Under the pieces are notes generated by a model. The model saw only the letters and a list, made by a program, of their open reading frames with translations. It made no database searches and was not told where the DNA came from. DNA of 64,000 bases from a virus: positions 64,001 through 128,000 of the IMG/VR virus record IMGVR_UViG_3300030419_007131; one strand, written 5' to 3'. How positions within the stretch are numbered: position 1 is the stretch's first letter; every line of letters begins with the position of its first letter. Both the position numbers and the translations under genes were made by a program. Shown here piece after piece: positions 47,359-57,143 of the stretch.

Positions 47359-47991
47359 CTAAAACTCCACAAATACGCCCGTACCCGAATGGGGATAAGA
47401 CATCTCATACGTATAATAAACAAGATCTGTACTAGTATCCGCAGACATAGTTTTATAGATCTGGTATAAAGACTCCGTGGGAACGGAGCCCCAGCACTCT
47501 TCAGTGATGGTCCCCACCGACTTGCCGTTGTCTTCGATTATGAAGGTGATTGGGAGGTCGTGGGATATTGCGTAAACAATAGATTCATGGGATATGCCTG
47601 TTCGAAAGCTCATATCTCCAAGAAAGCAGAATACACGATTAAGCTTATTCTGTTTCTTAAGCGCCAACGCGGTGCCGGTTGCAATCGGGGAGATTCCTCC
47701 AACGATAGCAGAACTATAGAAATTATAATCCGGGTAATGCAGGGTAATAGACCTTCCCTCTAAAATATCTTGCTTCACTCTTTCAGGAGGAACTCCCTGT
47801 AAAAGAGCGTGTAAATGGCTAGCCCAAGTTGAATAAACATAATGTTCATTGGAAATCTGAAGGTTTTTAAAGATGTCGACAAGTATCTGCTCATTACCAT
47901 CTCGTAAATGCACAGGAGCGGTAATGTGGCCGGCTTCGTAGATGGCGGCGATATCTTTTTCAAACTCGATCAAATCACTGGCTTGTAACAT
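47359..47991 (-). CDS. ThDP-dependent enzyme alpha subunit (E1-alpha-like)
   Basis: PVHL..GNEQ, SSAIVGG and the ThDP motif FLGD...FIIEDN. Confidence 0.85.
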   Translation of the reverse strand: MLQASDLIEFEKDIAAIYEAGHITAPVHLRDGNEQILVDIFKNLQISNEHYVYSTWASHLHALLQGVPPERVKQDILEGRSITLHYPDYNFYSSAIVGGISPIATGTALALKKQNKLNRVFCFLGDMSFRTGISHESIVYAISHDLPITFIIEDNGKSVGTITEECWGSVPTESLYQIYKTMSADTSTDLVYYTYEMSYPHSGTGVFVEF

Positions 47992-48484
47992 TCTTTTTTA
48001 GCTCCTTTAAAGATTGTGAACGGCGATCCCTCTCTGAGACTATTTGACACAATGAGTCGTCCCATTCGGGCGATATATCAGAATCATCATAGTGAACACT
48101 CCATTGGTCTTCCGGTGCTGTATAGTACTCGCTCCATTTATAATAGAAAATGCAAGTTGTACTCAAGCACTGATGCGCGTTTAACGTGCGTGGCGGCACT
48201 AGAACCGAAGTAGATTCAAGCGAATCACCATCTAGAATATAAACCTTTTTTTCGTCTGTGTCAATGTTATACGTAACTAATTTTATCTTTCCGTGTAAAC
48301 AAGAGATAAGCTTCCACGTCTTATCGTCGCCATGAAATCCCCTAATCACTCCTTGGTTAGATTTTGAAACCTTATCTTGAACAAACGTACAATCTACTGG
48401 GATTTTTCTTTCATCATAAATCGTATAGATATTACCGCGGGGCTCAAAATGCTTCTGATCCACCAACGTAATATCATTGTACAT
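47975..48484 (-). CDS. rmlC: dTDP-4-dehydrorhamnose 3,5-epimerase family
   Basis: EPRG, FVQD..SKS..GVIRGFH, KLISCLHGKI, YYK and ISPEW...VSERD. Confidence 0.85.
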   Translation of the reverse strand: MYNDITLVDQKHFEPRGNIYTIYDERKIPVDCTFVQDKVSKSNQGVIRGFHGDDKTWKLISCLHGKIKLVTYNIDTDEKKVYILDGDSLESTSVLVPPRTLNAHQCLSTTCIFYYKWSEYYTAPEDQWSVHYDDSDISPEWDDSLCQIVSERDRRSQSLKELKKNVTSQ

Positions 48485-49430
48485 GGTTTTTATACCATTC
48501 GCAAGTCTTCCTCAAACCTTCCTCAATACTGGTGCTTACGGTCCATCCGAGATCTCGCTCGGCTTTATCGCAATTAAGTATAACAGTCGTAGGAATGTCC
48601 GGCTTGGTAAGGTCGAACTGAAGATCTAGCTCCTTGTCGTTTAGCTTCATGATTGTTTCGGCCAACTGAAGAATGGGATAAGCTTGTCCTCCTCCGCAAT
48701 TGTATAGCTCATACATTCCCTTTTGGTTGTCGATGCACTTATGAATAAAATCAACCAAATCGTCAATGTAAATGATGTCTCGCGAGGCTTTACCTTCTCC
48801 CCAAATCTCTAACGTATCTTCCGCATTGATAATCTTATTTACAAAAGCGGGAACTACATGGCACTTGTCCAAGTCAAACTTGTCATAGGGTCCGTAAACA
48901 TTAGAGTGACGGAAAGCCGTGAATTTCGTCGTACCAATACGTGAATAAAAGTCGCACATATTCTCATTAAAAACCTTCATATGGCCTACGCCAAAATATG
49001 CACTGTATAACTCATCGCTGGCGCTCCAATCAGCCTCAGACTGAGGATGGTCTTTGGGCTGATACATTACCGTGCAACTGGGGAAGAGCACATGACCTAC
49101 ACCAGCCGTCATTGCTTCTCGGAAGATCCAAGCATTCATGACCACATTGTCAGTCACATGAACATATGGCCTCTCTACCACGTCCTTTGCGCCGGTGGTG
49201 GTGGCAGCAGCCTGCAGTACCACATCAAAATGCTTGCTAGCAAACAGCCCCTTAACCTCGGATTCGTTGCGCAAGTCGATCGAAACATAGTCAACCCCTT
49301 CCACTCGGCCACGCTGAGGTTCTGTCTTATTAAATAACGTCGCCGTTATATCATAGCTGTCTTTAAAGTGGTCCAAACATGTTTTGCCGATCAACCCATC
49401 AGCTCCACAAATCAGCATAGTCTTCGTCAT
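48474..49430 (-). CDS. GDP-L-fucose synthase-like (Fcl/ColC) epimerase-reductase
   Basis: CGADGLIG, DLRNE, SCTVMY, NVYGPYDKFD...HVVPA and IWGEG...RD.IY.DD. Confidence 0.75.
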   Translation of the reverse strand: MTKTMLICGADGLIGKTCLDHFKDSYDITATLFNKTEPQRGRVEGVDYVSIDLRNESEVKGLFASKHFDVVLQAAATTTGAKDVVERPYVHVTDNVVMNAWIFREAMTAGVGHVLFPSCTVMYQPKDHPQSEADWSASDELYSAYFGVGHMKVFNENMCDFYSRIGTTKFTAFRHSNVYGPYDKFDLDKCHVVPAFVNKIINAEDTLEIWGEGKASRDIIYIDDLVDFIHKCIDNQKGMYELYNCGGGQAYPILQLAETIMKLNDKELDLQFDLTKPDIPTTVILNCDKAERDLGWTVSTSIEEGLRKTCEWYKNHVQ

Positions 49431-50089
49431 TCTGCTGTCTCCTTTATCAGATATGCGATCCCCACCTCCTTGGAGTGGGAAATAAATTGCCAGTTATAGT
49501 CGGTTTCTCGCAGAACTCGCGGAGTTCCGTACCTGTCTCCCTCAAAATTTGCATCATGAAGAGCCACGATTCCGCCGGCCTTAACCTTAGGATAATAGTT
49601 TTCCAAATCCTTTTTAACATACTCATAAGAGTGATTACCATCGATGAAGACAGCATCGTATTCTTTGTCGAGCGTCGCATGTAGGACCGTAGAATCCCCC
49701 TCTAAAATCGTCTCTAAAGTAGAATCCATTTCGGGCTTGTAGCGCTCAATAAACTGTGGGTCGTACTCAATCGTCGTGATATGATCCAGGAGCAGACTCA
49801 GTACAAAATGTGTAGAGGCCCAGTGGCCCAGCCCAATCTGTAGCATATCTTTAACATCGTTTTTTAACAATAATTTCAAGAAGTCCACCAACTCTGCTCT
49901 GACCTGTTGGGTTACCTGTGGGTGACTATTAACAATGTCTACATCTGGATTAATGTACAAATCTTTGTACCAATCGTTTTGTGCTAAGATGTTCCGTGAA
50001 CGTTGTTCCGAGAGAGACAAAACTAAATCTATTTTTGGGAGCAACTCCTGGTTATGGATATACTGTTTTATAAATTGCTTATTAATCAT
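49427..50089 (-). CDS. class I SAM-dependent methyltransferase (Methyltransf_24-like)
   Basis: LQIG and YDAVFIDGNHSYEYVKKD...KAGGIVALHD. Start at MINKQ after a GGAGGAG SD. Confidence 0.85.
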   Translation of the reverse strand: MINKQFIKQYIHNQELLPKIDLVLSLSEQRSRNILAQNDWYKDLYINPDVDIVNSHPQVTQQVRAELVDFLKLLLKNDVKDMLQIGLGHWASTHFVLSLLLDHITTIEYDPQFIERYKPEMDSTLETILEGDSTVLHATLDKEYDAVFIDGNHSYEYVKKDLENYYPKVKAGGIVALHDANFEGDRYGTPRVLRETDYNWQFISHSKEVGIAYLIKETAE

Positions 50090-51074
50090 TGCTATTCTCC
50101 TCCACCTGAAAGGGGTTAAACCTACCAGTCGTCGGACCATTTGCCAGATACCACTCCATAGTCTCCTTCAGGCCTTCCTCTAAGCTCACAGAGGGCTGGA
50201 ATCCATATCCGTTAAGGCGCTCTGTGTTGGGTACCCTAAACTGATCTCCGGTAGGCTTACTAAGATCGTGGGTAATGGCTAGATCTTTTCCGGACACGGC
50301 CACTAGGGTCTCGATGACCTCCTTAATAGTAAAGGTCCTTCCATGACCAACATTTAGGGGTTTCGTAATTTGATTTTCTACGGCAAAGATAGCGGCGCCA
50401 GCAATATCGCGGGCATGAATAATATCCCTACCGGCAGAACCATCACCCCAAATCTCAACGGAAGTCTCAGCCTCAGCCACCTTACGAACCAACGAAGGAA
50501 TAAGCGTCGAAGTACGCAAATCAAAATTATCAAATTTACCATAGATGTTGGCAGGCTTAATAATAGACATCTTCTTTTCCTCATACTGCTCGTCATAAGC
50601 ATTAACCTGAACTTCGCCCATACGCTTCGCCCAGCCGGCAAACCAATCATTGGGGGAGGGGTTCTGAGTCCACAAATCGTCCTCCTTAAAGGTCCGAGCA
50701 GGACCATATGTGCCAATGGTGCTGGTATAAAGCCCCCACTTCACTGAGGGAGTGTTGTAGATGGCGTCGAGTATGTTGGTGTTCATCATGATAAAGTCTC
50801 TAAATATTTGATATTGAAAGGTTTTCATAACAACAGGGGAACCTTTAACTCCGGCAATATGGAAAACATAATCCATACCTTCACACAACTCATAACAGTT
50901 GGTCTTCGACCGCAAATCTTTCTTGACATACGTAGCGCCCCATGCAGGATCAAGATTGTTCTCGTCCAAAGATACGGACGTAACGACGGCTCCCTTCTTA
51001 ACCAGCAGTTCTACTAGTTCACGACCTACAAGACCCGTGCCGCCAGTAACCAAGACTTTTTTATTCTCAAGCAT
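50082..51074 (-). CDS. GDP-L-fucose synthase-like SDR epimerase/reductase
   Basis: VTGGTGLVG, WAKR, PANIYG..DNF and IWGDGSAGRD. Confidence 0.8.
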   Translation of the reverse strand: MLENKKVLVTGGTGLVGRELVELLVKKGAVVTSVSLDENNLDPAWGATYVKKDLRSKTNCYELCEGMDYVFHIAGVKGSPVVMKTFQYQIFRDFIMMNTNILDAIYNTPSVKWGLYTSTIGTYGPARTFKEDDLWTQNPSPNDWFAGWAKRMGEVQVNAYDEQYEEKKMSIIKPANIYGKFDNFDLRTSTLIPSLVRKVAEAETSVEIWGDGSAGRDIIHARDIAGAAIFAVENQITKPLNVGHGRTFTIKEVIETLVAVSGKDLAITHDLSKPTGDQFRVPNTERLNGYGFQPSVSLEEGLKETMEWYLANGPTTGRFNPFQVEENSND

Positions 51075-52020
51075 GTTTGTTCCTCCAAGTTATTAATGAT
51101 TGATCGTCTGTTTGGATATAACGATAGATTTTCTCTACAGTATACTCTTGGCTTTTAAGATACGCTGCTTCAATTATATCCTGATATTTTTCAAAGTTGG
51201 TTGACACGTCGTGGATGATATCTCTCAACTCTTCGAAGTTTTCAAAGTAAAGAAACTCTGTACCGGGCTCATAAAAGTCTTCCACCAAGTCCCAGGGGTC
51301 CTTCTTAACCAGCATCAATGACTTTGAACTGGTAATCTCGTGGGTTCTTACTTTAAACTGTGGCATAATGCCCTCATCAAACCTCTCGAATGCCTTGAAC
51401 TTATTCTTAACTGAGGATGGGCTCATGTAAATCATGTTGAAGCTCAACGAAGACCGACAGCGACTTAGCTCGATCAGCTTCTGGTCGCCCGGGAGCATAA
51501 CGTGAGTACACTTCGCGAACTCATATGGGTGCCTCATCCATGTATTCCTCTGGGATGTCATGAATTTATAGTTAAACTGCATGAGGGTTTCAACTGCAGA
51601 TATATGGTCTTGTCCATGAATAGAGCCCATCCATGAGCAATCAGCATCATAGTTCCCGAATTCGGTCACCGTATAGTTGGTGAAAGGATAGGGGATGTAT
51701 TTAAACTTCTCATACCCATAGTGATCGTTCATAAACTCACACGTAAAAGGACAAACACAATAGACCTCAGTGAAAAAATCAAAATGATCAAAATGATAAT
51801 AGTCGGCCTTAGCGGTGAACTCGCACGGACTCCATAACGCCAGCAAACAGCGGCGTTCATAGTCGCGATATGGCTCCTTTATTCCATGATCATAAATCCA
51901 ATGCGCGCCGTTCATCAAGACCGCGTTGGAGGTGTCGTCGTTGAAGGGCTCTAGGCTCTTATGCATGTAGGGTACAACCCCCCACAAGCAATCGCCCTGC
52001 CAATTACATACTATTTTCAT
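51067..52020 (-). CDS. putative glycosyltransferase (Glyco_trans_1_2/CgeB-like C-terminus)
   Basis: SLSFN...KVRTHEI...DFYEPGTEFLYFENFEEL...IIEAAY pattern; sugar-island context. Confidence 0.6.
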   Translation of the reverse strand: MKIVCNWQGDCLWGVVPYMHKSLEPFNDDTSNAVLMNGAHWIYDHGIKEPYRDYERRCLLALWSPCEFTAKADYYHFDHFDFFTEVYCVCPFTCEFMNDHYGYEKFKYIPYPFTNYTVTEFGNYDADCSWMGSIHGQDHISAVETLMQFNYKFMTSQRNTWMRHPYEFAKCTHVMLPGDQKLIELSRCRSSLSFNMIYMSPSSVKNKFKAFERFDEGIMPQFKVRTHEITSSKSLMLVKKDPWDLVEDFYEPGTEFLYFENFEELRDIIHDVSTNFEKYQDIIEAAYLKSQEYTVEKIYRYIQTDDQSLITWRNKHA

Positions 52021-52734
52021 TTAACGGTATCCCCTTGTTTTATAGTTTATATCATATTCTCGGAACATTTCAAACATTTCATCATAATATTCGGCAATAT
52101 TCCACAATCCCTTGGTCACAGCAGTCGCAATACAGGGGTAAATGGTCGAATCGTAATGAAATATTCCTCTTTTCGGAGAGCCCGAGTAGTATTGGAGGCC
52201 CTTGAGGCCCAATTGGCGGCACAAGCTAGACCCTTGTGGTTCTTGCTGCATGCGTGTATTTCCCTCCGGTGCGGCTTCAAAAATGCTCTCAAAGGCGCGA
52301 GTATCCCACAAACTTGCCTGTTGTGCGAAAAAGTTAGGATCTTCTGGGTCGATAATATAGAGATTATCTCGATAAGGCGTTGTAGCTTCGGGCCCCTTAA
52401 TAAATTTGCAAAAGCTGTATTCTGTTTCGTCCAACAGTCGTGTCAACTCTTCTATTTTAGCCTGCTGGATGTCTGCGTAAAGAATATAGTCTTCGCTCGT
52501 ATACAAAATATATTTTTCTTCGACTTGATTTATGCAAGAAAGAAACTGATCCCGGTAAGCTGCCTCGTTATCATAAAGAATAGGAACAATATCGTCCGGA
52601 AGACCATCGGCAGTGTCCGTGAACGCGTACTTTTTGATCCCCTTCGCATGGCGGGAGAGGCGGCCAAAACAAGGAGCCCATACATCTGAATAGTTTGAGT
52701 TAGTATCTACAATTAAAGCTAGATTATCAGCCAT
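52021..52734 (-). CDS. putative glycosyltransferase (GT-A-like)
   Basis: YSDVW, YILYTSEDY (DxD-like) and QASLW; island context. Start at MADNLA. Confidence 0.5.
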   Translation of the reverse strand: MADNLALIVDTNSNYSDVWAPCFGRLSRHAKGIKKYAFTDTADGLPDDIVPILYDNEAAYRDQFLSCINQVEEKYILYTSEDYILYADIQQAKIEELTRLLDETEYSFCKFIKGPEATTPYRDNLYIIDPEDPNFFAQQASLWDTRAFESIFEAAPEGNTRMQQEPQGSSLCRQLGLKGLQYYSGSPKRGIFHYDSTIYPCIATAVTKGLWNIAEYYDEMFEMFREYDINYKTRGYR

Positions 52735-53356
52735 GAGGACGAACCTCCACATCCTTAAAAATATCAAATTCAGTAAGATCTCGATACGGAGGATTCTCAG
52801 GAATATCCGGCACGTTTTGCGGGTAATTCTGCATCAATGTCAAGCCCCTGGCGGCTTGCTCTGGTGTCATATACATATTCCAGCCCTCCTCATCAATGTT
52901 GTCCTCGTGGTATTTCATGCCGGCAGTACGCCCCTCATAGCGTCGAGCCTTGAACCATTCAGCTGCCTCTGGATTATCTGTGAGTATCATTCCACCTTTA
53001 CCAATCTTAAGATGTTTTTTGATATGAAAGCTTAAGCACATAAACGTGCCCGGAATATACATATTGGAAGTAAACCTCTTGGCTGCGTCATAAACCGGAA
53101 AAGGCTTAAGCTGATATATTCCCTCCCACGGGCGGTCATCAAATATCAGTTTGCCACCAGCTTGACGAACGGACTGTGGCGGAGATAAGTAGGTGCGCTT
53201 TGGTATTATAACTTCTTTGTCTTTGACTCCCACCCATTTACAAGCGAGAAACAGGGCATTCGTGCAACTATTCAGCGAGACCGCGCAAGGAGCGCCAGTA
53301 TAGTGGGCCACTTCCTCTTCAAACATTTGAACTACTTTATAGGGACTATGTAGCAC
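52727..53356 (-). CDS. compact DegT/DnrJ/EryC1/StrS sugar aminotransferase
   Basis: LNSCTNAL, YDAA and SFHIKKHLKIGKGGM with the Lys retained. GTG start at 53356 coupled to the GNAT stop; ~209 aa. Confidence 0.75.
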   Translation of the reverse strand: MLHSPYKVVQMFEEEVAHYTGAPCAVSLNSCTNALFLACKWVGVKDKEVIIPKRTYLSPPQSVRQAGGKLIFDDRPWEGIYQLKPFPVYDAAKRFTSNMYIPGTFMCLSFHIKKHLKIGKGGMILTDNPEAAEWFKARRYEGRTAGMKYHEDNIDEEGWNMYMTPEQAARGLTLMQNYPQNVPDIPENPPYRDLTEFDIFKDVEVRPHG

Positions 53357-53736
53357 TATTTCTCCAATAAATAATATTTCTTTGTAAAGCCACAACTCTC
53401 AAACAAACGCACGCTAGCTTCGTTTTCAATTTTAACCTTCGCAACCCCATCAGGATGACGCTTCATCAACTCATTAATCATGAACTTTGCCACGCCTCTT
53501 TTCTGAAAGTCTGGATGTGTTGCAACACGAATATCATTATCAATAGCGCCCACAAAACCAGCAGGTTGACCCTCCACCAAACAAATATAGTACATCTTAC
53601 CATACTTCTTCATGTATGTCACGTGATTATTAAAACTTATTTCACCTTGTTGGATAAACCCCTGTTTGACATCTTCGTGGGTTCGCAACAATCGAATAAA
53701 CTCCCAATATTCTTTTTCATTCTCTACTAATTCCAT
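53356..53736 (-). CDS. GNAT-family N-acetyltransferase
   Basis: HPDFQKRGVAK acetyl-CoA motif A and NEASVRLFESCGF motif B. Confidence 0.9.
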   Translation of the reverse strand: MELVENEKEYWEFIRLLRTHEDVKQGFIQQGEISFNNHVTYMKKYGKMYYICLVEGQPAGFVGAIDNDIRVATHPDFQKRGVAKFMINELMKRHPDGVAKVKIENEASVRLFESCGFTKKYYLLEK

Positions 53737-54524
53737 CGATCTACCTGATGTTGAAATGGGCTTCTTGAGTTAAGCCAATATCCGGTGAGATATCCTCGCG
53801 TGTGCTTCCATCCTTCTAGGCCGAGCAACGGATTGAGGCAACTCCCGATATCTAAAAAGGTATTGTTAGGATTTGATTTAAACCCTTCATAAATCACATA
53901 GTTGCTCAAAGTTGCAGCAGAACACAAAACAACACTATTCTCTAGTTTGTTCTCTTCAATATAGTCTGCAACTTTCTGAGCAGTGTCATAGTTGTTAACC
54001 TGACAGTTGGATCCCACCAAGAACGCCTTTTTAATCTCAAAGGGCAGCAGCGAAAGATCGGCCAATTCATTGACCACATACAGCAAATCGCGGTCAGCAA
54101 GAACAGGCACCATTTCTTCTACAAATCTAGAATAATTTGCGTTGATAAGTAGATTGGCAAATGTAAGATTTTCATGGTCACCGCCATGGAAGTCTATCAT
54201 CCAGTTAAAGTTGTCGCGACCGACGTGACCATCGGTTGCTGTACAGATACCCTTATAATAATGGTCTTGATTATGTTTATAACATTCGATAAGCTTGTCG
54301 CGATATTTTTGATGTTTCTCTGGATGAAACTCTTTGTGTTCTTCCTGGGTATATCTGTTGGGGCCCTTTATATCGCCGGTGACGTAATGGTTGTCGGCTA
54401 AGACAACCGTCTTGTTTTGTAACATAAACAACTCGCCATCAGAAAATCTAGTAAAGGCAAAGTTCTCTACTTTCTTTAATTTATCCAATACAAAATCAAA
54501 GTCTTTTGTGAAATCCTTGAACAT
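53727..54524 (-). CDS. GT-D fold (DUF1792-like) glycosyltransferase
   Basis: FAFTRFSDGE N-terminal motif and C-terminal FLDIGS motif. Confidence 0.7.
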   Translation of the reverse strand: MFKDFTKDFDFVLDKLKKVENFAFTRFSDGELFMLQNKTVVLADNHYVTGDIKGPNRYTQEEHKEFHPEKHQKYRDKLIECYKHNQDHYYKGICTATDGHVGRDNFNWMIDFHGGDHENLTFANLLINANYSRFVEEMVPVLADRDLLYVVNELADLSLLPFEIKKAFLVGSNCQVNNYDTAQKVADYIEENKLENSVVLCSAATLSNYVIYEGFKSNPNNTFLDIGSCLNPLLGLEGWKHTRGYLTGYWLNSRSPFQHQVDRWN

Positions 54525-55529
54525 TTACTTTTCCGACAAAATAGAAGCTATCCGTTGAGAGGATGCCCCATCGCCGTAAGGACAAACTTCGTCGGGTGCA
54601 ACTTTAAACTTTTTATCAGCCTCCAGCCAATTGACTAAATCTAGTAACTCCGCCGGATGAGGACACATAAAGGAAAAAACTCCCATTCCTTCAACTCGTT
54701 CTGTAATCTGCCGACACACAACGCACTTCTTCCCCAAGAACGATGCCTCTTCCTGTATCCCTCCACTATCGGTAATGATGAACCTACAATTAGCAATCAT
54801 CCGTATGAACTCTTCATGACCTACCGGCTCTATCACTTTAACTGTTTTTAGTATATGTTTATATTGTTGCACATTAGGATTTGGATGGAGCGGTATAATA
54901 AACTCATACTGCGAATAGAGCGATGCAATCTTTTCCAACTCATTAAACCATTTATCCATTAGGGCGTGGTTTTCACGGCGATGCATGGTTATCAAGATAG
55001 TATTTCCATATCTGGTCTTTATGTCTTTTAGGTTGTCCAACACAGTGTTCCCCACGACGTACACATTTGAGGTGATATTTTCGCGACGCAGATTGCAAGC
55101 CGACAGGTCCGTGGGACACAGGTGAATATTGGCCATTCGAGCAATGGCTTGACGATTAAACTCTTCAGGATAGGGATGCATCAAATCGCCAGTACGTAGG
55201 CCAGCTTCCAAGTGAATAATCTTTAACTTACGATGGAACGCGGCAAGGGCTACAGCGAAGGCTGAGGTTGTGTCTCCCTGAACCATAACGCTTGTTACAT
55301 TATTGAAAACATGATCACTGTTCATAATAGATGCAACAATAGAATCTAGTCGATTGGGCCCGTCTTTAATTTCCAACTGACGTACATCAGTGGTAGCTAC
55401 CACATCTTTTAGAAGACTCGTGTGTTGGCCAGTAAACAAAAGAGCATACGGTATCTTTCCATCAAACTCTTTTAATAAAGGTTTAATCTTAATATACTCG
55501 GGTCGCGTTCCGAAAGAAATCAATATCAT
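54525..55529 (-). CDS. wecB: UDP-N-acetylglucosamine 2-epimerase (non-hydrolysing)
   Basis: FGTRPEYIK, TGQH, VQGDT, HLEAGLR, PEEFNR, GNTVLD, HRREN, TDSGGIQEEA and PYGDG. Confidence 0.95.
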   Translation of the reverse strand: MILISFGTRPEYIKIKPLLKEFDGKIPYALLFTGQHTSLLKDVVATTDVRQLEIKDGPNRLDSIVASIMNSDHVFNNVTSVMVQGDTTSAFAVALAAFHRKLKIIHLEAGLRTGDLMHPYPEEFNRQAIARMANIHLCPTDLSACNLRRENITSNVYVVGNTVLDNLKDIKTRYGNTILITMHRRENHALMDKWFNELEKIASLYSQYEFIIPLHPNPNVQQYKHILKTVKVIEPVGHEEFIRMIANCRFIITDSGGIQEEASFLGKKCVVCRQITERVEGMGVFSFMCPHPAELLDLVNWLEADKKFKVAPDEVCPYGDGASSQRIASILSEK

Positions 55530-57142
55530 GATTTAGTAACTCCCCGTACGGTTTGCCATCCCTTGTCCAGGCCGGCCCTAACGCACTCGTCTCTCTCGCT
55601 AAAAAATTGTTTGTGCGAAACTGCTTGATTAGTTGATGTAGCTTTAGCATCTATACCAAGTTCGTTTCCTAAGATGGAACCATGAAGTTCGCGGTCCTCT
55701 GGCGGGTGTGCGGGACAATATGTTGGAATATTGCCGTGAATTTTACTCATGAAGGCAAATTGAATATCTTCACCATTATCCCATGTGGTCGGCTTTTCTT
55801 GCCACAAATATCGTAGCCATTCGCGTTTAAAAAACCAACCATGGCCGACCAGGTCGACCTCTTTGACTTCAGCATTTTGTGTGGGCCACCCACAGCGATC
55901 ATGTTGCACATACCGATCGCCTTTAAGGATAACCCCAGCTGTACCCAAAATGCCTTCATGAGTTTTCATTGTTTCTAAACAGTTATGATGCCATTTTTTC
56001 CCTGGAACTGTGTCGTCGTCATACATCGCGACGTACTCTGTGTCGGCCAAAAGCGCAGCTGCAAAGCGGCCGTAAAACTTCCAGTTATAATCATTTTTAA
56101 AGATGCGATCGACGCCGAGGGACTCAAAATCATAGCCCGCATTATCTTCGTGAGCGTTAACCCACAGCCAGATCTGTTTTGGGGGATGGGTTTGAGCACG
56201 AATGGCCTCAATCTGCATGGAGAGGTTATACGGCCGCCTGTAGGCGTTTAGAATAACCGTAATGTCTTGAGGAGTTTCCCGAGTTGGTTCCCGAGTAATA
56301 GAGTCGGCTACCTTTTGAGCTACATTCACCCGCTCTGTGCGTGCAAAATCAATAAGCTCTTGTCCTTTCAGGTCTTTAAACCATGGCTCAGAAATACAGC
56401 CATTAAAATTATTGGTCACAACCCGACAATTCAGCATTCGCGCCTCTATAAGCATTCGATTAAAGGTCTCCAACACCGCTGGAAAGAAAACGAGCTTTTC
56501 ACATTTACTCAACTGTTCCATAAAAGTAGCATAGCTGGGAGATCCTATCCTCGTATAGGACAGGCCTTTGCTCTCGCAGAACTCAACATTCCTAAACGTG
56601 TTCTTGGTCGGATTACGACTGTCCAAAACGCCGTGGGTAAATGTTTTCTCTGTATCTACCAAAGCTTCTATTATATCCAGATGTTCATCGGACCAGAGGC
56701 TCATCCCCAGATTCACTACATTGGCGCTGTTCAGGTTCTTTTTTATGACCTCGGCATGAAGCGCCGATTGCGCAAACACGTTCTTTGCATTAACGTAGAA
56801 ACTCTGATTTCTCAGATCATTCTTCGAAACTAAAAAATTAGGGTATCTTGATGGATCCCGAGCTTTAATGTACTTATGATCGTGCTCCATGATGGAGTAC
56901 ACAGCGGGATTCTCTACAAACCATGATTTGGCTGGCGCGCCCAGTTGTATAAAATTGGAAACCAGAAAATGAAAACCAAAGTTTTTATACATCTCAAGAT
57001 GTTTGGGACCAACTTCATGGGCCTTGAACCTAACAATCTTGTGGCCAGCGCTTTCCAGCAACGACAGAAGAACACTGTCGCACAGTTCGGCGCCCCCAGC
57101 AACCTCTCCAGCAAAAAAATCAGATATGTAGAATAACTGCAC
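55526..57142 (-). CDS. two-domain glycosyltransferase (GT-B-like N-terminal + GT2-like C-terminal)
   Basis: GGAE and ETFNRMLIEARMLNC in the N-half; ITVILNAYRR and YDDD in the C-half. Confidence 0.8.
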   Translation of the reverse strand: MQLFYISDFFAGEVAGGAELCDSVLLSLLESAGHKIVRFKAHEVGPKHLEMYKNFGFHFLVSNFIQLGAPAKSWFVENPAVYSIMEHDHKYIKARDPSRYPNFLVSKNDLRNQSFYVNAKNVFAQSALHAEVIKKNLNSANVVNLGMSLWSDEHLDIIEALVDTEKTFTHGVLDSRNPTKNTFRNVEFCESKGLSYTRIGSPSYATFMEQLSKCEKLVFFPAVLETFNRMLIEARMLNCRVVTNNFNGCISEPWFKDLKGQELIDFARTERVNVAQKVADSITREPTRETPQDITVILNAYRRPYNLSMQIEAIRAQTHPPKQIWLWVNAHEDNAGYDFESLGVDRIFKNDYNWKFYGRFAAALLADTEYVAMYDDDTVPGKKWHHNCLETMKTHEGILGTAGVILKGDRYVQHDRCGWPTQNAEVKEVDLVGHGWFFKREWLRYLWQEKPTTWDNGEDIQFAFMSKIHGNIPTYCPAHPPEDRELHGSILGNELGIDAKATSTNQAVSHKQFFSERDECVRAGLDKGWQTVRGVTKS

Positions 57143-57143
57143 T

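Noticed and set aside
46833-47991. Pyruvate dehydrogenase auxiliary metabolic genes
   Set aside because: The subunits are short, no E2/E3 genes are present in the window, and they are embedded among NDP-sugar genes; branched-sugar synthesis fits better.
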